From positions 1 to 42,691 of the forward strand of contig JAJSZP010000003.1 of NCBI GenBank assembly GCA_030262775.1: a stretch of DNA of 42,691 nucleotides, written 5' to 3'. The position numbers and the translations under genes are program-made. Positions 9,125 to 19,079 of the stretch are shown here, piece after piece (the first letter of the stretch is position 1; every line of letters starts with the position of its first letter). The stretch is from Deltaproteobacteria bacterium. GTDB taxonomy: Bacteria > Desulfobacterota > Desulfobacteria > Desulfobacterales > ETH-SRB1. The notes beneath the pieces are model-generated. The model did no database searches, had not been told where the DNA came from, and was given only the letters and a program-made list of their open reading frames with translations.

Positions 9125-10467
9125 TATAAATAACCTAAACCTTCCAACTGTTTCTTTATATCTTCATCTATAGGCGCTTCGTCCGATTGTCTCATTTCCG
9201 AAAGAACATCATCCAGTACATTTTTGATTTCTGCTCTTAATTGTTTGTGGATCTCTTTTTCCTGCCGGCTGATATTATTTGTTTCCCCGCTGTTTTTTCG
9301 AAGGTCAAAGAGCTTTTCACGACCAAACTGTGTGATTAAACCCAGCAGATCTCTTATCCTTATTCTGTGGTGTGATTGGAGTATCTTTGAATATGTTTTA
9401 AAATCCCAGTATTTAAGATATGTAGTAAGCAGTTTGTAATTATTTTTTATAACACATATCCTTGGGGAACCATCTGCAAAAGCTATTCTATCATTGTTCA
9501 GTTTCTGTCCTTTCAGTGCCTGAGCAAAGGATTGCCCGTCCAGTTTAAAATCAGTTTCATATTCCAGAAGTTCTATAATAGTTGGAAAAATATCCATTAA
9601 CTGAACTGTTTCGGGAACTTGAAAGCTGCCTGAATTATTATAGTCCACAACAAGCGGCACCTGAAGGACTTCATTGTACAGACCTATACCGTGCCCAATA
9701 TAATTATGCTCCATGAATGCCTGACCATGATCAGCTATAAGCATGAAAAGATAGTCTTCTGATTCTTCTTGAAGGACTTTGTGGATATCACTTACAAACC
9801 TGTCAATATGGTAAATGCCGGCATCATAGCATGCTATCAGATATTTAATTTCATTTTTTGACGGGATTTTAAGATGTGTGTTAATTTTACGTGAAATATC
9901 CATGATAGATGTTTTTTTTGTATGTTTGGAAGTCAGGATTTTTACTATTTCAGAATTATCAGGCACTGATGTTGCTTTGTCCAAAAACATTTGGACGTCC
10001 TGTTTGTCTGCAAAATAAGGTTCATGCACGTATTCTGCTGTGTGAAAAAACAAAAACGAATTTTTAGCTTTTTTTATCCATTCCCTGAATTCAGGCAAAG
10101 CTTTTTCATTAAGACTCAACTCCTTTGCTTCAGTAAAATGACTGCTGAACGCATTAGGATTTAGAAGTATTTTAAAAGGAGTAAAAATGCCGGTGAGATA
10201 TCCTTTTTCAGCAAGATACTCTGGCAGGACAACAAAATCACGATTTATTTTTTGGTCCATCCAGTTAATCATCAATGTTGGAGGATATTTACCCGCTATC
10301 ATTGAATAAAACGAAGGGGCTGTCCAGTTTGATTGTGCGTATGCATTTTTAAATAAAACGCTTTGACTTGCAATGGAATCAATATTTGGAGAAGTATTTT
10401 TATGATATCCATAGCAACCAAGATGATCAGCTCTTAAACAGTCAACAATAAGAATACAGATATTCAT
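9124..10467 (-). CDS. Sulfatase-like alkaline-phosphatase-superfamily protein
   Basis: DCLRADHLGCYGY, NWTAPS, HEPY, ADHG, GHG, VPL and a C-terminal QLEGLGYL. No canonical C/SxPxR motif. Confidence 0.88.
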   Translation of the reverse strand: MNICILIVDCLRADHLGCYGYHKNTSPNIDSIASQSVLFKNAYAQSNWTAPSFYSMIAGKYPPTLMINWMDQKINRDFVVLPEYLAEKGYLTGIFTPFKILLNPNAFSSHFTEAKELSLNEKALPEFREWIKKAKNSFLFFHTAEYVHEPYFADKQDVQMFLDKATSVPDNSEIVKILTSKHTKKTSIMDISRKINTHLKIPSKNEIKYLIACYDAGIYHIDRFVSDIHKVLQEESEDYLFMLIADHGQAFMEHNYIGHGIGLYNEVLQVPLVVDYNNSGSFQVPETVQLMDIFPTIIELLEYETDFKLDGQSFAQALKGQKLNNDRIAFADGSPRICVIKNNYKLLTTYLKYWDFKTYSKILQSHHRIRIRDLLGLITQFGREKLFDLRKNSGETNNISRQEKEIHKQLRAEIKNVLDDVLSEMRQSDEAPIDEDIKKQLEGLGYL

Positions 10468-10478
10468 TATTATGCTCC

Positions 10479-11561
10479 TTAATTCTTGTACGGTAGTCCT
10501 TCATAATCACCGGTTACCCAGCAGTGGGAGCAGACAGTGTCGCATTTTATGCTTTTATCTTTTGGGGAGGCAACTATCATTCGGCTGGAAAGATATTTTT
10601 CATTATTCCAAATAGTTTTAAAGCCATCCCTGAAAACATTTCCGAAATCGTTTTTAATTGGCCGAACATTACCGCAACAAGGCAACAAACCTCCATCATA
10701 ATTTATATAAGCGGAACGGTACAGCCAACTGCAACCTTGTGATTCGGGAACATTCTTTGATACTTCGTTATCTTTCGGGAACATGGTTGAGAACCATTCA
10801 TTCGACGCGTTATCATCCGGTATATTTGCCCTGATAAAACGAATTTGATCAATTCCCAATTCTTTTGCCTTGTCCCTGGCAAGTTCTATTTCATGTTCGT
10901 TAAATCCTGTGACACAATACTGCCAATCAACAAACGGAGTTGATGATTTAAGTCGCTTTTTTTCATCAATAACGCTTTTGATATTTTTCATGGCAAGTTC
11001 CTGATCACCATTTCCCATAAACTTACTATAGCTTTCCTGACTAACGCCGTGGCAAGAGAAAATCAGCACTTCAAGGCCGGATCTTACAATCTTTTCAGCA
11101 AGATCATGATCTTTGTAATTCATGTTCGAAGAAATAGCCACACCGATATTCTTTTTCGTTGCATATTCAACCATATCCAGGGATTCGGGGAAAAGCAAAG
11201 GTTCGCCATAACCATAAAGGTTAATCTTGAAAACAAATTGCCCGACTTCATCAACCAATTGTTTGAATTGTAAAAAAGTCATTCTACCGTATGGTCGTTC
11301 TCCATCCAGAGGTTTTCGGCGGTTATTATAACAGTATGCACATTTTAAATTGCATATATTTGTGGATTCTATTTTAAGAAGGTAAGGATAACTGGAAACA
11401 AAATCCTTTTTCAATAAACGATTGAATTCAGCTTGCACGAAATTTATCAATTTTTTGAATGTCATATGGCGAATAAATGCGAATAAATGCCGTTTAAAAA
11501 TATTAAATTTTACTACTATATTTATACCCCTTGTTGAAAAATTTAATTCAAAAATGCTCAT
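10479..11561 (-). CDS. Radical SAM protein with SPASM/twitch domain
   Basis: CNLKCAYC, GYGEPLL and C-terminal C..W...DG...PCC...GN...IWN...C...C..C. Confidence 0.9.
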   Translation of the reverse strand: MSIFELNFSTRGINIVVKFNIFKRHLFAFIRHMTFKKLINFVQAEFNRLLKKDFVSSYPYLLKIESTNICNLKCAYCYNNRRKPLDGERPYGRMTFLQFKQLVDEVGQFVFKINLYGYGEPLLFPESLDMVEYATKKNIGVAISSNMNYKDHDLAEKIVRSGLEVLIFSCHGVSQESYSKFMGNGDQELAMKNIKSVIDEKKRLKSSTPFVDWQYCVTGFNEHEIELARDKAKELGIDQIRFIRANIPDDNASNEWFSTMFPKDNEVSKNVPESQGCSWLYRSAYINYDGGLLPCCGNVRPIKNDFGNVFRDGFKTIWNNEKYLSSRMIVASPKDKSIKCDTVCSHCWVTGDYEGLPYKN

Positions 11562-11581
11562 TTTAATATTCCTTTATAAAA

Positions 11582-12916
11582 TTATTTATTCTGTAATAAA
11601 TAGTCGGCCATTTTAATTCCCTGATAGACAGCATTCGTGCTAAGGCAAAAATAATAACCACCTTGCCTCCCAATAGAAAAGAGATTGCTGAACTTGTGAA
11701 TCTCAGAAAATGTCTTTTCCATTTTTTCTTCATAATCAAGTCCATACACAGGCATGGCCTTATTCAGCTTAATAAGGTGTTTTTCTCGCAATTCACTTGA
11801 TTTATAAAGTCCAAGTTTTTCAATGTCTTTTACGGCCCGATCAATTATCTCCTCATCAGAAAAATTTTCATAATCCTTTGATAAACTACATTCCAAGTTT
11901 ATTCCCTCTCTGTCAGAAGGTGAACGTTTGCCAAAGATATTTCTGGGATAATAGATTCTGTTGAAAATAAGATCCGGGTCAGGATGATAAGTATAGACAA
12001 AAGGACGCTCTACTTTTTTTGTCATGTTATATGTCAGGTATACACTTAAAATTGTAACATATTCCAATTCAGGGCAATCATCTGCCCCAAGAAGAGAGTT
12101 GAGTTCATTAACTGAACCGGTCCAGATGATGTTCTTGATATCATATTTCCGGCCTTTGATTTCAACTCTTTTAATGCGATCCTGTTCTTTTTCAAGAGCC
12201 AGGGGGCCGCAATCCAAAATCGTATTTCCTTGTGCCTGCGTGTATTCGTTCCATAGACTTTTTATAAAAAGCTCAAACCCTTCTTCTGGATAATAGGTTT
12301 TGCAGCTTTTCATTTTGGACAACAGCATCTTTACAAGATCCAAAAGAGGCAATGGTTTAAAAGGTTCTTTTTGATTAAAAATATCTCTGTCAGCACGCAA
12401 ATACCAGTCCTTATGAACTCTGTCACCCGGCATCAGAGTTTTTTTAAGGAACAGATCCTTAAAAAGATCATTATAAAAGTCAATCCCGCTTTTACTTGAT
12501 ATCCAATGCATCAATGAATCGGGATCACCTTGGCCTTTGTTTTTTTTCAGCAAGCATGAAATAATCTGTTTTTTGTATCTCCAGGGATAAAAAGGCACCT
12601 GGAGCTGGTTTGGAAATTTCCAGTAACGGCCTTTTGCGTGGATGGCAAATTGAAACTTGCCTGAGATCATTTCTTCTTGTTTTAAAATGTCCAAAATAAA
12701 TTTATCGCATTCAGGATAAGGAGTCGAAAGAAAAACATGGGGTCCTATATCAAAAACAATGCCGTCGATTTTCAATGACCTGCAAAGCCCTCCAACTTTA
12801 TCATCCTTTTCAACAATAATTGTCTGCACACCGGCCTTGGCAAGCAAATATGCTGCGGTTAAAGCTGTCACTCCAGCACCGACGATCAACGTAATTTTAT
12901 CGGATTGTGAATTCAT
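11582..12916 (-). CDS. FAD-dependent oxidoreductase (UDP-galactopyranose mutase/protoporphyrinogen oxidase-like)
   Basis: VGAGVTAL, EKDDKVGGLCRS, FDIGPH and IGRQG.Y.Y. The probable start is MNSQSDK at 12916 rather than 13000. Confidence 0.8.
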   Translation of the reverse strand: MNSQSDKITLIVGAGVTALTAAYLLAKAGVQTIIVEKDDKVGGLCRSLKIDGIVFDIGPHVFLSTPYPECDKFILDILKQEEMISGKFQFAIHAKGRYWKFPNQLQVPFYPWRYKKQIISCLLKKNKGQGDPDSLMHWISSKSGIDFYNDLFKDLFLKKTLMPGDRVHKDWYLRADRDIFNQKEPFKPLPLLDLVKMLLSKMKSCKTYYPEEGFELFIKSLWNEYTQAQGNTILDCGPLALEKEQDRIKRVEIKGRKYDIKNIIWTGSVNELNSLLGADDCPELEYVTILSVYLTYNMTKKVERPFVYTYHPDPDLIFNRIYYPRNIFGKRSPSDREGINLECSLSKDYENFSDEEIIDRAVKDIEKLGLYKSSELREKHLIKLNKAMPVYGLDYEEKMEKTFSEIHKFSNLFSIGRQGGYYFCLSTNAVYQGIKMADYLLQNK

Positions 12917-13022
12917 AATATTATTACCGTCACTATAAAAGAAAAAAATAAAATAAAAGCAATTATTCACCACGCTCTCTTCTGGCATTCTTCGGGGCAA
13001 AATTTTTTATACAAGATAGGAT

Positions 13023-13295
13023 TCATTTGATTTGAATAGTGGCATCACTACCATATTTTCATCCGCTCTTCTTTTTATAGCGTTAATTGTCATGACAAAG
13101 TGGCATAGATATTTTTGAATATAAACCTCGAATATTTTAGCGAGTTTTACCATATTGGTTGTAATAAATTTTTTCTTTATCTTTGTTTGATTTAAGAATT
13201 AGAGGTTTCCCCAGGATCAGTCTGTGTGTATCGTCAGGCTGCCTGATCATGAATGTGGGCAGGATTACGGCAACCCAATCCTTTCCATCAAAAGC
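13023..13295 (-). pseudogene. Decayed, internally deleted copy of the acyltransferase 3' end
   Basis: Aligns by eye to 14923-15280 (e.g. TGAATAGTGGCATCACTACC and GCCTGATCATGAATGT-GGCAGGATTACGGCA), with a frameshift and deletions. Confidence 0.85.
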
Positions 13296-13399
13296 AAAAC
13301 CTGACACCCCACCTTATGGGAAACCGGAACAAAATTCTCCCAAAATCTTTTACTGTATCTGGATGGGGAAACATATTAATAAAAAATTCCATGTGTTAG

Positions 13400-13498
13400 G
13401 AGGCTCTTGCAGAAACACAAAAAAATCATGCCAACACACAATATATTGTTATTGTACTGAATAGAATTCTACATTTTGTGGGTATCTGCAAGAACCTC
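13400..13498. mobile_element. MITE-like element, same TIR family as 9005..9124
   Basis: TIRs GAGGCTCTTGCAGAAAC / GTATCTGCAAGAACCTC. Confidence 0.7.
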
Positions 13499-13510
13499 GT
13501 TAGTTTTGGC

Positions 13511-14818
13511 TTATAATATGTTGCATTGTTTCGATTTTGAAATAAATTTTTTGATTATTTTTTTAATACGCTGTAATTTTTCAAAAATACCAACACTATA
13601 AAATGTGGGGGCCATAAGGTCGGTTTGAAGATTTATTTTTTTTCCTCAATAGCCAACTTTGCTAAAGCTGTACTGGGTTCGATGCCTAATTTGGAAAATT
13701 GAATTCTTTTTAGTTTTTTTCCAAGAAAAATTTTTGCTTTCAAAATGAATATTGTTTGTCTAATCAAGGAGATCGGTCCTTGTCCGGGGATGCCTATTAT
13801 AAAATTATAACTTACTTCCATATTCTTTTTTCGTGCAATATTATAAGTATTCTGAATATGGCATGTTTGAATGTTCTTTCTTAACCACCTTAAACTTTTA
13901 TTACTGAATCCATCCGGTGAAAATTCAAACAATCGGCATCCTGCCTCAAGACACAGATCCACAAATCGTTCATCCATGAATTGTTCATTGAACCAAGCAA
14001 TCCAGTTAACATTAATTCCTCGTTTAATAATCTCTTTGCAGATTTTTTCTGCATGTGACGCCGGAATATTAAAAACATTATCTGCAAAGGCAAATTCTGT
14101 GACACCATGGATATAGCATAACTCCTCAATTTCTGCTACTATATCTTTAGGATCTCTAAGTTTTAATTTCGATCCATTGAGATAAGGGTAAGAACAATAA
14201 AAACATTGGAGAGAACATCCACGTTTGGATTGTACCCCAAGTGAGTAATTTCCTTTTTTGCAATTATCAAAAGGTATAAAGGTTCTATCAGGAATGATAC
14301 TGTTTTCAAAGTTGACAAAAGATCGATCACCGGTAAAAACTATTTCATTTTTATCTCTGATAAATATACCTTTAACATTATAAGGAGAATCAAGATTATC
14401 TAAAAGTTGTGGAAAAAATTCTTCACCTTCTAAAAATATTCCATATTTAATTTCAGGGGCTTCAGTCATGAATTGCCTTGGGTACATGGAAAATCCCGCG
14501 CCCCCTGCGATAATAGGAATATTCCATTTTGTTTTTTTTATTATTTTAATTGTATCCACAAGATATTTAAGAGGAAAAATTAACTCATTTAACACCTTGT
14601 CATATATATGTATGTTTCGAATAGAGATACCAACTACATCTGGGAGCAAACTTGTGTAATACATGCTCAGTAGAATGAAATGGTTGATCAACATCCAAGT
14701 TTTGATCTACTACTTTAACATCATGAGTTCCAACAAAGGAACATAGGTATGCTAATCCAAGTGGATAAATATATTCAACATGTTTACCTGCAAATAGCTG
14801 TATTAGCAGAATTTTCAT
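13511..14818 (-). pseudogene. Cobalamin-binding (class B) radical SAM with two frameshifts
   Basis: N-terminus MKILLIQ...YPLGLAYL shifts frame near 14643 into PDVVGISIRN, followed by SKRGCSLQCFYC. The C-terminus is recovered by adding one A at the T8 tract 13636-13643. Confidence 0.8.
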
Positions 14819-14922
14819 AATTAGATCTTTGGATAGTTGAAATTATTTTAAACCAAAAACAGGGGATAACTCATTAACCTTGTATCCTTATGGGGGGTGG
14901 ATTCCTTATTTTACAAGGTGAG

Positions 14923-15864
14923 TTATTTATTTGATGTGAATAGTGGCATCACTACCAAATTTTTATCCTCTCTTTTATTTATTGCGTTAATTGTCATTGC
15001 AAAGTGACATGGATATTTTTGAATATAATTCTCGAATATTTTTGCGATTTTCTCCATATTTGTTGTGATAAATTTTTGTTTATCTTTGTTTTGTTCAAGG
15101 ATTAGAGGCTGTTCCAGAATCAGCCTGTGTGTGTCGTCAGGTTGCCTGATCATGAATGTAGGCAGGATTACGGCACCTGTTAATGCGGCAATCCTGACAG
15201 GACCGGGTGAAAGGCTGGCCTGTCTGTCCAGGAAAGGGACTGTAACCCAATCCGTTCCGTCTCTTCCATCAAGAGCTATAGCGACCAGTTCATTGTTTTT
15301 CAGGGCTTTTATTACAGGCCTGACAGATCGATCAACATGTAGAAATTTAACCGGCAGGCCACTATTCTCTTTTACTTTAGTTTCATACATCCATTTCAAA
15401 ACCGGGCGATTTACTTCTGGTTTCCCTACAAGCTGGTTTATAGTAAACCCTTTAAATCCAAGGGCAGGCAAAATTGTCATGAATGAACCAAAATGAGACA
15501 GTTGAATAATAACCCCTTTTTCTTTTTTTAGAGCGGCATTTAAGTGTTCAACGCCTTCTATTGTTACGATCCGATCCAGATATTCCTTTGTAAGATTTCC
15601 CATAAAAAGGTTTTCTACATTCCGTTTTATATAAATTTCAAAACTTTTTTTAGCAATCCGGAGAGTATGATCTTTACTGTCTGTTTTGCATAGATCATCA
15701 ATGATTTTGCCAAGATTTTTCCGGTAGAATTTGAACAAAAGAGATGCAACAATCTTGGATAAAAAGAAAACAATTTTTACAGGAAGCATTTTTACAGCGA
15801 TTCGAAAAGGTCCCCAGAAGAACAAAAAAGCTAAATCAGTAATAACTATCTTTATTTTTCTCAT
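14923..15864 (-). CDS. LpxL/HtrB-like lysophospholipid (lipid A-type) acyltransferase
   Basis: IEGVEHL..AL..KGVI..SHFGSF, ALDG, VPFL and GP.RIA..TGA.ILP motifs. Confidence 0.85.
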   Translation of the reverse strand: MRKIKIVITDLAFLFFWGPFRIAVKMLPVKIVFFLSKIVASLLFKFYRKNLGKIIDDLCKTDSKDHTLRIAKKSFEIYIKRNVENLFMGNLTKEYLDRIVTIEGVEHLNAALKKEKGVIIQLSHFGSFMTILPALGFKGFTINQLVGKPEVNRPVLKWMYETKVKENSGLPVKFLHVDRSVRPVIKALKNNELVAIALDGRDGTDWVTVPFLDRQASLSPGPVRIAALTGAVILPTFMIRQPDDTHRLILEQPLILEQNKDKQKFITTNMEKIAKIFENYIQKYPCHFAMTINAINKREDKNLVVMPLFTSNK

Positions 15865-15905
15865 ATAGTTGCAACCAGAATTAAAACAAAATCAATGAAT
15901 TGGAA

Positions 15906-17336
15906 TTATTTTTTTGTTTTTTGAAATGATACAAAACCGGTTTTCTGATCATAGGCTGATTTTTTGCCCTTTATCCTTGCAAGGGTTCGAAAAACGAATA
16001 CAGCAGTCGGTTTCAAGACCCGTTCAAACATTCCGAGAAAACCATCTGCCAGCATATTCAAATATCGTTGAGAATATGGTCTGTAAAACATTCTTGCCAG
16101 GTCATTCTCATCTTTGGGAAACAGATCATCATCTTTTGAAATTAACCCCTCCTTCACCGCTATATCCCGAATATGTGTATCAGGTTCAATTTTGATATAA
16201 CTGATTCCACCGCCTCCTCTGCCAGGCAATGAAAGTTGAATTTTAAAAGGTAAAATTAATGTTTTTATTGTATCTGTTAAATTATAACCCGGCAACGATG
16301 TAAAAAGGCCAAAGCCTATACCAATGCCTTTTATTTTACGTGCCATGTTGATGGTATTTTTAATATCCTGCTCGGTCAATCCTTTTTTCAGGGCAGAAAG
16401 TCCTTTATTAGTGGCAGCATCAGGGGAGAAATCAATCTGAACAGCGCCAGCTTTTTTTAACAACTCCAAAAATTCTTCGGTTATTCCTTTCATATGGCAC
16501 CATACACCAAACTGAACATCAAGATTTCTCCTGATCATTTCCTCAAGAATTTTTCTTGCATGACCCTCCGGTACATTAAATACACTATCCACAAAAACAA
16601 ATCGCTCCATCCCGAACTGGTTGATAAAATATTCAATCTGATCAACAATGTCTTTTGTGTCACGGAGCCTGACTTGCCGGCCATTTAAATTAGGATAGGA
16701 ACAGTATGCACAATTAAGTAAGCATCCTCGCTTTGTCTGGATACCGATAATATTGTATGACGGACCCAGATAATTTTTCATGTCAATTACTTCCGTGGCT
16801 GTTTCAGGCATGGGAATTTCAGAAAATTCAGGCAATGGTCTGTCTCCAGTGTAAATAACCTGATTATTTTTCCGCATGAATATCCCTTTTACATTTTCTG
16901 GATTATTCAGGTTTGCAAGTAATTCTGGTGTGGATTTTTCACCCTCAAGGAAAATTCCGAAGTCAAATTCCGGAATTTTTTTCATGATAATTTCAGCAAA
17001 CATTGAAAACCCAGAGCCGCCTGCCAAAATTTTTATTTCCGGATTAATTTCTTTAATCGCCAGGACCATTGGCTTCACTGTATTAAAGTATACATGTTTA
17101 TTCCTGAAATTTGTTGTATCAATATTTCGAATTGAGATTCCGATTATATCAGGCTTGAATTTTTGCATTTCATTTTTCAGCTCATCCATAGCACTTGATA
17201 AAGGATACAGGTTAGGGTCGAATATTTTTACCTGATGATTTTTCAGGGCAGAAGCTATGTAGGTAAGGCCGATTGGCAAATTTGGGACTTGTGCTTCTCT
17301 TGTTCCCATATCCTGCTGAATGAGTAATACTTTCAT
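15906..17336 (-). CDS. Cobalamin-binding (class B) radical SAM protein
   Basis: PIGL.YIAS, PDIIGISIRNID, GGSGFS, GEKS, QTKRGCLLNCAYC and FVDSVFN. Confidence 0.92.
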   Translation of the reverse strand: MKVLLIQQDMGTREAQVPNLPIGLTYIASALKNHQVKIFDPNLYPLSSAMDELKNEMQKFKPDIIGISIRNIDTTNFRNKHVYFNTVKPMVLAIKEINPEIKILAGGSGFSMFAEIIMKKIPEFDFGIFLEGEKSTPELLANLNNPENVKGIFMRKNNQVIYTGDRPLPEFSEIPMPETATEVIDMKNYLGPSYNIIGIQTKRGCLLNCAYCSYPNLNGRQVRLRDTKDIVDQIEYFINQFGMERFVFVDSVFNVPEGHARKILEEMIRRNLDVQFGVWCHMKGITEEFLELLKKAGAVQIDFSPDAATNKGLSALKKGLTEQDIKNTINMARKIKGIGIGFGLFTSLPGYNLTDTIKTLILPFKIQLSLPGRGGGGISYIKIEPDTHIRDIAVKEGLISKDDDLFPKDENDLARMFYRPYSQRYLNMLADGFLGMFERVLKPTAVFVFRTLARIKGKKSAYDQKTGFVSFQKTKK

Positions 17337-17343
17337 AATTATC

Positions 17344-18854
17344 CTAATCTCTACTTTTAAAAAAATGAAAAACTTTTTTAAAGGTCATGACTATTCCTGG
17401 AAACAAACTTGAAATGAATATATTTTTTTCAAAAACAATAATGAACGGCTTTAACGCAAAAAACCTGATCAAAGTTTTAGATATTCTTAATCGTAAAAGA
17501 ACAAATAACAATGTAGTATAATGAATTGTTTTTTGCCTGTGCCAGACCCAGGTTTTTAAGAAGTGTTGTGGCTCCAGCAGATTATCCTGTTTTGCTTTTT
17601 CATAGAGTTTTGTCCCGCGATAAAAAACCAGGGAGTTAACTCCTATCAGAGATTGAGAAGGGGCGTGGCTTAACAGGTAGTTAAGAGTATATAGTGTATC
17701 GTCAGTTGTTTCCCAGGGATTATTTACCAGAACATCTATTAAAAGTGGAAAACCAGGATAATTATTTTTAAAAAATTTAAATATTTTATCACAATTTTTA
17801 TTAACCTTTATGCGATTATACATAGCTTCTATCCGAGGAGCCTTACTCTGCAACCCAATGTGGCATAATAATAATCCATTTTTAATAAGGTGATTCATTT
17901 TTTTTTCAGAAAATTTTTGTGGAGAGATCAGGCAGCGGAAAGGAAACCCTGATTTTTTAAAAATTTGCGCAACTTCAATAACGTCATTTCGATAAATAAA
18001 GCAGTCATCTTCAATACTGATAATTCTAACAAAAGGAATTTTTTTTTAACCCAGTTTAATTCATCTTCAATTTGATCTAATGACTTCCAGCGTACTTTAG
18101 GCGTTATGATTTTTTTTAAAATATTATTTGCACAATAAGTGCAATTATGCGGGCAACCCCTGGTGGTTTCTATGTGATAGACAGTTTGCATTTCACCAGG
18201 TACACCAGGTAGCTCATGTTTTTCAAATAAATAGTCCTGGTATTTATCTTCATCACAGGTTTCAAGCGAAAGGATTATCTGTTCTTTTTCGGAGTAAATG
18301 AAATGCCCCTCAGGTCCATAGTCAGGCAGAGGAAGAGAAGAAACATCTGAGATGTATTTTTTTTCTGGGCGAGATTTGCCTTTGAACCAAATGTTAGGTA
18401 TGGAGTTAATGTCCTGAGAGTTATTCATCTTCCGAACCAGTTCCAACATGGCATCTTCCCCCTCACCTATGCATACAGCATCAGCATATTGAAGAGCTTC
18501 TTCAGGATTTAAAGAAGGCAGTACTCCTCCCCATATAACGAGATTTGATTTGTTTTTTAAGGCCTGTGTCAGTTTTATTCCGACCTGCATATAGTTATCC
18601 ATTAAACTTATACCAATTATCGAAGAGTCTCTCGTTATATTAACAACTTGTTGAATTATCGTTTCTGGGTAATCAATGTTGGAGAAAGGAGAGATGTTTA
18701 ATGCGGAATCTGAAGAGTGTGAAGGTAAAAAAATCATTTGAGTTTTATAACCAGAATTGCGTAATATTGCGGATATTATCCTTAAACCAAGATTTAATGT
18801 ATTACTGTATGGCGAAATAAGACTCACCTGAATATTACTATCATTCAAAATCAT
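17344..18854 (-). pseudogene. Cobalamin-binding radical SAM, frameshifted at a poly-A tract
   Basis: WGG..P, IGEGE and TTRGCPHNCTYC. Adding one A at 18039-18047 gives ...KKKIPFVRIISIEDDCF..., in frame with ORF 17344..17898. Confidence 0.82.
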
Positions 18855-18890
18855 CCCCCCTCAATTTGTTCGGATTTTTTAGTTACCTAT

Positions 18891-19006
18891 TTAAGGCGGG
18901 GCACTTTTAGTACGCTGAACAGAGGTTTTTAGTAAATAATCAAGCATAATTAAAGCGTTAGCAAGCTTTTGCCAACTGCTTGAATTTACAGACTGTCCCG
19001 CCTTAA
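18891..19006. mobile_element. MITE-like element (116 bp)
   Basis: TTAAGGCGGGGCA / TGTCCCGCCTTAA inverted ends (12/13 match). Confidence 0.6.
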
Positions 19007-19079
19007 GTGTGTAGCCTATTGCAATTTGACAATTAGCTGGCCATTTTAGCCTCATGCAAATTTTGGAATTCCAATACTA

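Noticed and set aside
12917-13000. N-terminal extension of the FAD oxidoreductase
   Set aside because: Low-complexity sequence ahead of the Rossmann motif. The ATG at 12916 is more plausible.
10479-18854. RiPP cluster suggested by multiple radical SAMs
   Set aside because: No precursor peptide, RRE domain or peptide transporter was seen, and the context is glycan biosynthesis.
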